64,000 nt of DNA. It comes from Anaerolineae bacterium (lineage in GTDB: Bacteria > Chloroflexota > Anaerolineae > B4-G1 > SLSP01). The stretch spans positions 565,520 through 629,519 of the forward strand of contig JAXGPC010000003.1 in assembly GCA_040767155.1 (NCBI GenBank). Reading direction: 5' to 3'. Under the pieces are notes generated by a model. That model was not told the DNA's origin and searched no databases. It was given only the letters and a program-made list of their open reading frames with translations. The position numbers and the translations under genes were made by a program. Below are positions 9,604 through 17,148 of the stretch, piece by piece; the first letter of the stretch is position 1; every line of letters starts with the position of its first letter.

Positions 9604-10023
9604 ATGAAGATCTCCACACCCCACTTTGAGACGAAGGTCTTGCCGCCGGAACCAGACTGCACCGCCCCCGACGGCTCGTACGTGCGCCTCCTATTACGCC
9701 TCGAGCGCGGCAGCATGGCCCACTTCGAACTCCCGCCCGGCGCGACCTCTGCCGCGGTCGTTCACCGGACGGTGGAGGAGATCTGGTACTTCCTCTCGGG
9801 CCACGGTGAGATGTGGCGTAGATACGGCGACGACCAGGACGTTGTGCCAGTCGAGGCGGGTGTCTGCATCACGATCCCACCGGGCACCCGTTTCCAGTTC
9901 CGCGCCTTTGGCTCTGTGCCGCTTTCTGCCATCGCAGTTACGATGCCTCCCTGGCCCGGAGAGGGTGAGGCGACGGTCGTCTCGGGAAAGTGGAAACCCA
10001 CAGTGAACCACGGAGGATTGTAA
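9604..10023 (+). CDS. cupin domain protein
   Basis: ORF 9436..10023; preferred ATG 9604 (MKISTPHFETK...); cupin-like ...WYFLSGHGEMW...VEAGVCITIPPGTRFQF; its TAA overlaps the next ATG (TAATG). Confidence 0.6.
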   Translation: MKISTPHFETKVLPPEPDCTAPDGSYVRLLLRLERGSMAHFELPPGATSAAVVHRTVEEIWYFLSGHGEMWRRYGDDQDVVPVEAGVCITIPPGTRFQFRAFGSVPLSAIAVTMPPWPGEGEATVVSGKWKPTVNHGGL

Positions 10024-11345
10024 TGAACCTCGTTACCGACGCAGTAACATCAGCGTCAACCGCTCACCTCCGGATGCTGGGGGCGCACTTTGTCGATCCT
10101 CAGGGCCGCCACGTGCTGCTCCACGGTATCAACGTCGTCAACAAGAATTGCCATGAGGGCTACATCGTCGACGAAGGGCCTGGCTTATACGCGAGGCTGC
10201 GCGATTGGGGGTTCAACGTCATCCGCCTGGGCGTCATCTGGGATGGCCTGGAGCCGGAGCCTGGGGCCTACGATGAAGCGTACCTGAAGCGTCTCGACCA
10301 ACAGATCGCCTGGGCCAAGGCACTCGGGATACTTGTCTTTCTCGACATGCACCAGGATCTCTACAGCATGCTGTACTCGGACGGCGCGCCCGCATGGGCA
10401 ACGCTGACCGGCAGCGCACCGCACGTTGACCTTGGCGGCGTTTGGAGCGACGCTTACTTCACAAGCCCTGCCGTGCAGGCGGCCCTCGATAACTTCTGGG
10501 CCGGTGCTCCTGCACCTGATGGCATCGGCATCCAGGAGCACTATGTCCGTGCGTGGGCGCACCTGGCACGCCGCTACGTTCAGGAATCTGCTATCATCGG
10601 CTTCGACATCATGAACGAACCGCTCCCGGGTTCAGCCGCGCTACGGATTCAGGAGCTGATGTTCGTGAGAGGCGCCGAGCTGATTGCTGCGATGGGGGCG
10701 CCGTTCGAGGGCACGCCGTTCCCCATCACGGCAGACGCTTCGCCGGTGGAGTCACTGACTGAGCAATGGCTGACACCCTCAGGGCGCTCCGCGATCCCTG
10801 GACTCCTGCGCGACACCGATCTCTATGCCCAGGTCGTTGACGCCACTGAGCCGCTATATGCGGAGTTCGAAGCGACGTCTCTGATGCCCATGGTTCACCG
10901 GGTGGCTGAGGCGATCCGGGCGACCGGGAGTAAGCAGGCGTTGTTCCTCGAGACAACGATGGGCTCGAACATGAGCGTGCGCAGCGCCATCGTCCCGGTG
11001 GAATTGGCAGGTCAGCGCGACCCCGCCCAGGTCTATTCCCCCCACGGGTACGACCTGGTTGTCAACACCCCGGACATCGCCCAGGCAAGTCCCGAACGTG
11101 TGGCCTTCATCTTCCGGCGGCATGGCGAGACGGCAGAGCGTCTGGGTATGCCGATGTTGGTTAGTGAGTGGGGCGCCTACGGTGACCACCCGGGCACTCT
11201 CCCGGCAGCCTGGCACAACGTAACCGGCGCACCGATTTGCCCGATAGGCGCACCGGAGTCAGAATGGTACGCGCGTCACGGTCGGTGCCGCCTGTGTCTG
11301 CCCATCACAGTTGACCACTTTGCCAAGGAGACAACATCAAGATGA
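10023..11345 (+). CDS. glycoside hydrolase family 5 protein
   Basis: ORF 9990..11345; start ATG 10023 after GGAGG; GH5 acid/base IMNEPLPG and nucleophile region MPMLVSEWGAYG. Confidence 0.7.
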   Translation: MNLVTDAVTSASTAHLRMLGAHFVDPQGRHVLLHGINVVNKNCHEGYIVDEGPGLYARLRDWGFNVIRLGVIWDGLEPEPGAYDEAYLKRLDQQIAWAKALGILVFLDMHQDLYSMLYSDGAPAWATLTGSAPHVDLGGVWSDAYFTSPAVQAALDNFWAGAPAPDGIGIQEHYVRAWAHLARRYVQESAIIGFDIMNEPLPGSAALRIQELMFVRGAELIAAMGAPFEGTPFPITADASPVESLTEQWLTPSGRSAIPGLLRDTDLYAQVVDATEPLYAEFEATSLMPMVHRVAEAIRATGSKQALFLETTMGSNMSVRSAIVPVELAGQRDPAQVYSPHGYDLVVNTPDIAQASPERVAFIFRRHGETAERLGMPMLVSEWGAYGDHPGTLPAAWHNVTGAPICPIGAPESEWYARHGRCRLCLPITVDHFAKETTSR

Positions 11346-13489
11346 CTTCGAACTCAGCCTTGCTCCATCACACACCTTCGCCCGATGACAAAAGCGCCAC
11401 GCTGATCGTCGACGTACGGGCGCGCGCACCCTATACCATCAGCCCCCTGCTCTATGGCAAATTCTGTGAACACTTGGGTGCCAACATCTACCATGGTATG
11501 GAAGCCCAGATCCTGTTCAACTGCACCTTCAGCAAGTGGCGCTTTAGCATCGGCGACAATCACCGGGATGGAGGCGTCCGTGAGGAGACAGACCGCGGCT
11601 GGGTGGAACAGCGCATTCAGGCTCACGCCACTCGCCTGGGCTGGCCAAATGCTCGGCAGGTCATCGATGCCTACTTCCTTGGGGGGGCATATGGCTGGTT
11701 CGAGGTAGGGCTGGCGGAGGGCGCCCGCGCCGGTGTGCGCCTTAGTCCTGACGTCGGCCCCTATGGCGATCGCGCCCAACGGGTTGAGGTGCTGAGTGCA
11801 TCGGAAAACACGCCCCGCGGCATCGGTCAATGGACCTATCTCCCGCTGCACCGAACGCGGCGCTACCACTTCCGCATGGTAGCACGAGCTGTAACCCCCT
11901 GCACGCTCGACGTCACCCTGAGGCCCGTCGATGCAGGAGAACCGGTCGCGTCGGCGATCGTTGACCTTGGTACCGGCTGGCAGACGCTCAAAGGCACGCT
12001 AGTCCTGCCTGAGGACACCCCGCCCGATGCTCTCTATGAGGCGGCCCTCACCTCCGCCGCCCCGGCACACGTCGTGATTGATCGTCTGTTGCTCTACCCG
12101 GATGACGCCATCGATGGCGCGGACCCCGACATAATCCGTATGCTGCGCGAAGCACACCTACCCCTCCTCCGTTGGCCCGGCGGCAACTTCGTCTCGGGCT
12201 ACCATTGGCGCGATGGCGTCGGGCCGGTCGATGCACGCCCAACCTTGCCCAATCCTGCGTGGGAAGGTCTCGAGTTCAACCTCTTTGGCACAGACGAGTT
12301 CATCGTTTTCTGCCGTGCGGTGGGCTGCGAGCCGATGATCTGCGTCAACGCCGGCAACGGTACGCCTGAAGAGGCTGCCGCTTGGGTGGAGTACTGCAAC
12401 GGCAGCGCCGACACGCCGATGGGACGGCTGCGCGCAGAGAATGGCCATCCGGAGCCCTATGACGTCCGCATCTGGGAGATCGGCAACGAGATCTACGGCC
12501 ACTGGCAGGTCGGATGGACCACGCCCGAGGGCAATGTGGATCGCTATCGCCGCTTCCGTGAGGCTATGCTCACCGCCGATCCCACGCTCCGCATCCTGGG
12601 CTGCGGCTATGGCAACGAGCCCGATTCGGAATGGAACCATCGTCTGATAGAGGATACGGGTGACACCCTCCAAACCATCACCGATCACATCCTCACGGGT
12701 GGCAGCGTGACCGCCGAAACCGACCCGGCCGAGCTCTACCACGCTTTCATGGGCTATCCGATGATCCTGGAAGAGCGCTACCGAACGCTCAAGGAGCGTA
12801 TGCAACGCGCCGGCATCGGTGATCCGCACCTCGCCATCACCGAACTCCAGCTCTTTGCGCACTTCCAGGGTGAGCCCCAACCCGATGGCAAACTCACACC
12901 AGCGATGATGCCGCGCCCCGACACCATCGCGGAGGCACTGTCGCTCACCGCCATCACGCATATGGGCATTCGGCTCGAGGGCTTCCTTGAGTTGCTGACC
13001 CACTCGGCCACGGTCAACCACGGCGGCGGTCTGCGCAAGGAGCGCGAGCGCGTCTACGCCAATCCCGTGCACCACGCGCACGCCTTGGGTCACGCCGTCG
13101 TAGGAGGCACCCCTGTCGCTGTGCGGTTGACGTGTGGCACCCTCAGCACAAGCCATGCATTTGCCCATATTCCACCGATGGAGAACATCCCCCTGATCGA
13201 TGCCATGGCCGTGGTCGCCGCGTCGGGCGACCTGGTCATCACGCTCATCCACCGCGGCGCCGAAGTCGGTCCCATTGAACTGACAATCAACCTGGAGGGC
13301 TTCCAGGCACAGCAACAAGCTGACGCAGTCACGCTCGCTGGCGATACCTGGTACGACAGAAGCACGCGTGAGACCCCCGAGAAGGTCAGTCCCAAACACA
13401 GTCAGGTCGCCCTGGGATCCGGGCAGCGGTTCTCGCTGACGCTGGCACCCTTCTCTGTCACGCAGCTCACGCTTAAGGCGGCATCGTAA
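11342..13489 (+). CDS. GH51-like alpha-L-arabinofuranosidase family glycoside hydrolase
   Basis: 715 aa; LLRWPGGNFVSGYHWRDGVGP...RP and IWEIGNEIYGHW resemble the GH51 AbfA catalytic (beta/alpha)8 domain; ATGA overlap with the GH5 stop. Confidence 0.55.
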   Translation: MTSNSALLHHTPSPDDKSATLIVDVRARAPYTISPLLYGKFCEHLGANIYHGMEAQILFNCTFSKWRFSIGDNHRDGGVREETDRGWVEQRIQAHATRLGWPNARQVIDAYFLGGAYGWFEVGLAEGARAGVRLSPDVGPYGDRAQRVEVLSASENTPRGIGQWTYLPLHRTRRYHFRMVARAVTPCTLDVTLRPVDAGEPVASAIVDLGTGWQTLKGTLVLPEDTPPDALYEAALTSAAPAHVVIDRLLLYPDDAIDGADPDIIRMLREAHLPLLRWPGGNFVSGYHWRDGVGPVDARPTLPNPAWEGLEFNLFGTDEFIVFCRAVGCEPMICVNAGNGTPEEAAAWVEYCNGSADTPMGRLRAENGHPEPYDVRIWEIGNEIYGHWQVGWTTPEGNVDRYRRFREAMLTADPTLRILGCGYGNEPDSEWNHRLIEDTGDTLQTITDHILTGGSVTAETDPAELYHAFMGYPMILEERYRTLKERMQRAGIGDPHLAITELQLFAHFQGEPQPDGKLTPAMMPRPDTIAEALSLTAITHMGIRLEGFLELLTHSATVNHGGGLRKERERVYANPVHHAHALGHAVVGGTPVAVRLTCGTLSTSHAFAHIPPMENIPLIDAMAVVAASGDLVITLIHRGAEVGPIELTINLEGFQAQQQADAVTLAGDTWYDRSTRETPEKVSPKHSQVALGSGQRFSLTLAPFSVTQLTLKAAS

Positions 13490-13526
13490 CACGTGTCTGT
13501 TCATCCATTCCGCAGGAGGTAGACCC

Positions 13527-14198
13527 ATGGCTGAGACTCCACGACCCTGGAAAGCGGGACGGATCGCTGCCCTGGTTCTCATGGGGCTGATCGTCTTCTT
13601 CACCCTTACTGGAGGCATCGGGACGACGTGCGTCGCCCTGGGGGCTGAGAATTATGAGAGTATGGCCCGTCTGGTGCCCTACAAGCCGTTGTACCAGGTG
13701 CTCGTCGTCATCAGCATCGCTGCCGGCATCTGGGGTATTCCGGTGATGATCTCGCTTGTGCGCGGCAGGGCATATGCCTACCGCAACGCGATCATCGTCC
13801 TCGTCGGCGGCGCCGTGACGTCTGGTATTCAGACGGCAGTATCGCAGTCCGTGCGGGGGTCATCAGCACCGGCGACTGTGCAGTTTGCCGTCACAGTCTT
13901 CACCCTGATCGTATTCCTGCTCTTTCTCCTGCCCCCGCTCTGGCGCAAGATGCGATTCGACCAACCGCTGAAGGGCAATGCTGCCAGAACGGCAGGAGGA
14001 GCATCCTTCGCGGTCCGCGGCTTGCTCACGCTGAGTGCCCCCTTGTGGGTCGCACAGACGCACATGGCCCCCTGGATCAGCGGGATGCGTATGCCGCTCA
14101 TCGCACTGGGCGTGACCTTGACCCTCCTGGGTGTAGCCCTGCTTGCCGCTGATTCCAGAAGCTTGGTCACAAGGCAAATCGCCTCGGCCAACCAGTAG
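13527..14198 (+). CDS. hypothetical integral membrane protein
   Basis: 223 aa, about 6 hydrophobic helices; RBS AGGAGG. Confidence 0.5.
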   Translation: MAETPRPWKAGRIAALVLMGLIVFFTLTGGIGTTCVALGAENYESMARLVPYKPLYQVLVVISIAAGIWGIPVMISLVRGRAYAYRNAIIVLVGGAVTSGIQTAVSQSVRGSSAPATVQFAVTVFTLIVFLLFLLPPLWRKMRFDQPLKGNAARTAGGASFAVRGLLTLSAPLWVAQTHMAPWISGMRMPLIALGVTLTLLGVALLAADSRSLVTRQIASANQ

Positions 14199-14271
14199 CG
14201 GCCTGTCTCCGGGGGCCCTCTCTACAGAACAGCAAAGCGCGGGCTTAGGATCACGAAAGGTCAAGGTAAGG

Positions 14272-14610
14272 ATGGCGCGTGAAAGTGCAAGGTTGCGGCG
14301 CGAGGCGCGGACCTTGACGGCGATGATCGAGATCGCCTGTCATGGCATGCATGGAACGGCAAAGGGACTGCTATGCCCGTCCTGCCAGGCGCTCCTAGAG
14401 TACGCACTGGCACGTCTCGACAAGTGTCCCTTTCAGGAAGCCAAGCCAACCTGCGCTAAATGCCCCATCCACTGCTACCGTCCGGCACAGCGTGAGCAGA
14501 TCCGGGCTGTCATGCGCTATGCGGGGCCACGGATGCTCCTGCACCACCCCATCCTGGCCTTATATCATCTATGGGACGGCCTCAGGAAACCGCCGCGTCC
14601 GCGCCGCTAG
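14272..14610 (+). CDS. nitrous oxide-stimulated promoter family protein (YgbA_NO-like Cys-rich small protein)
   Basis: ORF 14143..14610; preferred start MARESARLRREARTLTAMIEIACHGMHG; conserved CPSCQALLEYALARLDKCPFQEAKPTCAKCPIHCYRP..IRAVMRYAGPRML matches the YgbA_NO family pattern. Confidence 0.65.
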   Translation: MARESARLRREARTLTAMIEIACHGMHGTAKGLLCPSCQALLEYALARLDKCPFQEAKPTCAKCPIHCYRPAQREQIRAVMRYAGPRMLLHHPILALYHLWDGLRKPPRPRR

Positions 14611-14631
14611 AATCAGTCTGAGAATAGCGTA

Positions 14632-14682
14632 CAGTCCGCCTTTCTGCTATCCTTACTCAAAGGACAGTAGAAAGGCGGACTG
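14632..14682 (+). promoter_or_regulatory. long hairpin between the ygbA-like stop and the crp/fnr start (terminator and/or translational control element)
   Basis: CAGTCCGCCTTTCT...AGAAAGGCGGACTG 14-bp perfect stem with nested TCCTT/AAGGA pairing; ends 7 nt before the ATG at 14690. Confidence 0.5.
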
Positions 14683-14689
14683 CGTTTGA

Positions 14690-15388
14690 ATGGACAACCA
14701 CAATGCACAGGCCGACGCCAACAGCCTTCTGGTCTCGCTATCTCAAACGGCCTGCTTCGAGGGGCTGGAGCCGGCGCTGCTCGCTGAGCTCGGCCGTTGT
14801 GTTGAGAGTTATCACTACGATGAAGGACAGGTCGTCCTGCTGGAAGGGGAGCCATGCACAGGGCTCGGCATTGTCCGATCGGGCCGCCTGAAGGCTATCC
14901 GGCTCTCAACATCGGGAAGAGAGCAAACGCTCAGCGTCCTCTGGCCAGGTGAGATATACGGTGCTGCCAGCGTCTTTGCCGATGCCCCTAATCCGGTCAC
15001 GATTGTTGCCCTTCAGCCCACCGACATCTGGGTCATACCCAAGGAAAGCCTGGACTCCCTCCAGGAACGTTACCCCAGGCTGGCTCAGATCGTCGCGCGC
15101 AACCTGGCGAGGCGTGTCATGACGCTGGTCGACCTTGTCGAGGACCTCTCGTTGCGCACCGTGGAGATGCGTCTAGCTCACCAACTTCTGGCCAACGCCA
15201 GGGGCAACATCGTACAGCGCGAAGCGTGGGCCACGCAGGCCGAGATGTCTGCCCGCCTTGGAACGGTGACATATGTGCTCAACCGGGCATTGCGTAGCCT
15301 TGAAGAGGAAGGCCTGATTCGCGTGGAGCGCGATGAAATCACGATCATCGATGCCGAAGGCCTGGCAGCGAGAGCCGAAGCCCGGTAG
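14690..15388 (+). CDS. Crp/Fnr family transcriptional regulator (cNMP-binding domain plus C-terminal HTH)
   Basis: 232 aa; cNMP-binding beta-roll (VLLEGEPCTGLGIVRSGRLKAIR...) and HTH (TQAEMSARLGTVTYVLNRALRSLEEEGLI). Confidence 0.8.
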   Translation: MDNHNAQADANSLLVSLSQTACFEGLEPALLAELGRCVESYHYDEGQVVLLEGEPCTGLGIVRSGRLKAIRLSTSGREQTLSVLWPGEIYGAASVFADAPNPVTIVALQPTDIWVIPKESLDSLQERYPRLAQIVARNLARRVMTLVDLVEDLSLRTVEMRLAHQLLANARGNIVQREAWATQAEMSARLGTVTYVLNRALRSLEEEGLIRVERDEITIIDAEGLAARAEAR

Positions 15389-15394
15389 CACGAG

Positions 15395-15408
15395 TTGACT
15401 TAAGTCAA
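15395..15408 (+). promoter_or_regulatory. FNR/CRP-family-type operator, perfect palindrome TTGAC-TTAA-GTCAA
   Basis: 14-bp perfect 5-4-5 palindrome 7 nt after the crp/fnr stop and about 150 nt upstream of the polyferredoxin start. Confidence 0.55.
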
Positions 15409-15546
15409 AGACATTTAGGGACCGGGCTGGTACCCTGCATGGGATCGCCCGGTCTCTTGTCACATCCCTGAAGAGATGGACCGCTCCAGAAGCGGGATAG
15501 ACAGGATACCAGATGCTATCTATCTCGATTTCTCAGGAGCAATTCA

Positions 15547-16356
15547 GTGCCCCATACGCCTGCCATGAACCCCTTGACGCTGACCAAGTTCGTAGCCTGG
15601 ATCGCCGTAGCCATAGTTGCGACATATCTGCTTGCCCACCGCAAGATGACCCGTCATGTACGCCGTGCCTTCGTCATCGGAGGTACGCTGCTCTTTGGCT
15701 TCGTCTATGGGGCTCTGCTCCGCTCGGGGCTTAATCCTAGCCCGCCGGCCTCATTACGTTCCGTGCTGAAAGCAATCGTGCAGGGCAACATCGCCGTGCC
15801 TGTTTTCGCGATGCTACTCGTCCTGCTCCTGGTCACCTGGATCTCCAACAAGTCCATCTGCGGCTATGGCTGCCAGTTGGGGCTGTTGCAGGACTGGCTG
15901 CACCGTGTGCGCCTCCCCAAGTGGCAACCGCCCTTCTGGCTGAGCAACGGCATCCGTGCGCTGGCGTTCATCGCCCTGATCGTGGGGCTGGTCGCAGCGG
16001 GGCTTGACTGGATCGGCATCGTCGATCCCTTCAGCTTGTTCCAGTTCAACCTGACACTGCCTGCCGTCCTTGTCACCGCGGTCGTGTTGGTGGGCAGCCT
16101 CTTCGTGTATCGACCTTGGTGCCGCTTCCTCTGCCCCTTTGGATTTGTGAGCTGGATGGTCGAGCAGGCGAGCCTATACCGTCCTCGGATCAACCGCGAC
16201 GTGTGCAGGAACTGCAAGGCATGCGTCAGAGCGTGTCCATCTGGCGCGATGGCGGACTTCTACGCAGGGAAACGTATTCACGCCGATTGCTTCGCCTGCG
16301 GCGCCTGTATCGAAGCGTGCAAGGTCAAAGACGCGTTGGGATGGCGGAAACCGTGA
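15547..16356 (+). CDS. NapH/MauN-type membrane-bound polyferredoxin (COG0348), 4Fe-4S binding
   Basis: GTG start with AGGAG RBS; TM helices; CGYGCQLG and CRFLCPFG motifs; C-terminal CRNCKACVRACP and CFACGACIEAC ferredoxin motifs. Confidence 0.7.
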   Translation: MPHTPAMNPLTLTKFVAWIAVAIVATYLLAHRKMTRHVRRAFVIGGTLLFGFVYGALLRSGLNPSPPASLRSVLKAIVQGNIAVPVFAMLLVLLLVTWISNKSICGYGCQLGLLQDWLHRVRLPKWQPPFWLSNGIRALAFIALIVGLVAAGLDWIGIVDPFSLFQFNLTLPAVLVTAVVLVGSLFVYRPWCRFLCPFGFVSWMVEQASLYRPRINRDVCRNCKACVRACPSGAMADFYAGKRIHADCFACGACIEACKVKDALGWRKP

Positions 16357-16396
16357 TGGCGCAAGGCGCCGTCGATCAGTGCTGGGTGGGGAGACG

Positions 16397-17062
16397 CTAG
16401 AAGACGTCCTGCCGACGTAGCTCCCTGAGGTGATGCGCGTCGTTCCAGCGCACGACGACGGGACCGAGCGGGCGGACCTCGATCTCGGCAATGGCAGTGT
16501 TATCGACCGCGAACTGCCAATAGTCGGCCAGGGGATGCCCCAGCAGAACGCATAGAATGATGCGGATCGTCCCGCCGTGTGAGACCAACGCAACTGTGCC
16601 GTCCCTGGTATCGCGGTGCACGTCGTCGAGCAAGTCTCTCACGCGGGCTGCCATCGCCCCCAGACTCTCCCCACCAGGGGGTCTGCAGTTGACCCGGTCG
16701 CGGTTCCACGCTGCCAGCGCTTCGGGATCGCGCTCGCCGATCTCCTGGTATGTCAGCCCCTGCCACTCGCCAAAGCTCAGCTCACGCAGGCGCGGCTCAG
16801 GCCGGGGAGCTAGCCCACACGCCGCTCCCACAATCTCAGCCGTCTGCCAGGCACGGGCCAGATCGCTGGCATAGATCGCGTTGATCGAGACTGGCGGGCC
16901 GCCAGGGTCGATCGACCCGGACAGCTCGTTTCGCAGCCGACAGCCAAGGATCCTGGCCTGTTCGATTCCGGCTTCGTTCAACGGAATGTCCATCTGGCCT
17001 TGATAGCGCCCGGAAGCGTTCCAGTCGGTCTCACCGTGACGAATCAGCAGCAGACGCAGCAT
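16397..17062 (-). CDS. histidine phosphatase family protein (phosphoglycerate mutase-like)
   Basis: ORF 16397..17116; preferred start MLRLLLIRHGETDWN (RHG motif). Confidence 0.75.
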   Translation of the reverse strand: MLRLLLIRHGETDWNASGRYQGQMDIPLNEAGIEQARILGCRLRNELSGSIDPGGPPVSINAIYASDLARAWQTAEIVGAACGLAPRPEPRLRELSFGEWQGLTYQEIGERDPEALAAWNRDRVNCRPPGGESLGAMAARVRDLLDDVHRDTRDGTVALVSHGGTIRIILCVLLGHPLADYWQFAVDNTAIAEIEVRPLGPVVVRWNDAHHLRELRRQDVF

Positions 17063-17148
17063 CAGATCTCCCTCTACATCGCCTGGGCGCCGCTCACGCG
17101 ACGCCCAGGCACCCATGCATAGTTTTCCGTCCTACTCCGAACAACCAC

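Noticed and set aside
16356-16370. Small palindrome GGCGCAAGGCGCC at the end of the polyferredoxin gene
   Set aside because: Only a 5-bp stem overlapping the stop codon; too short to call a terminator.
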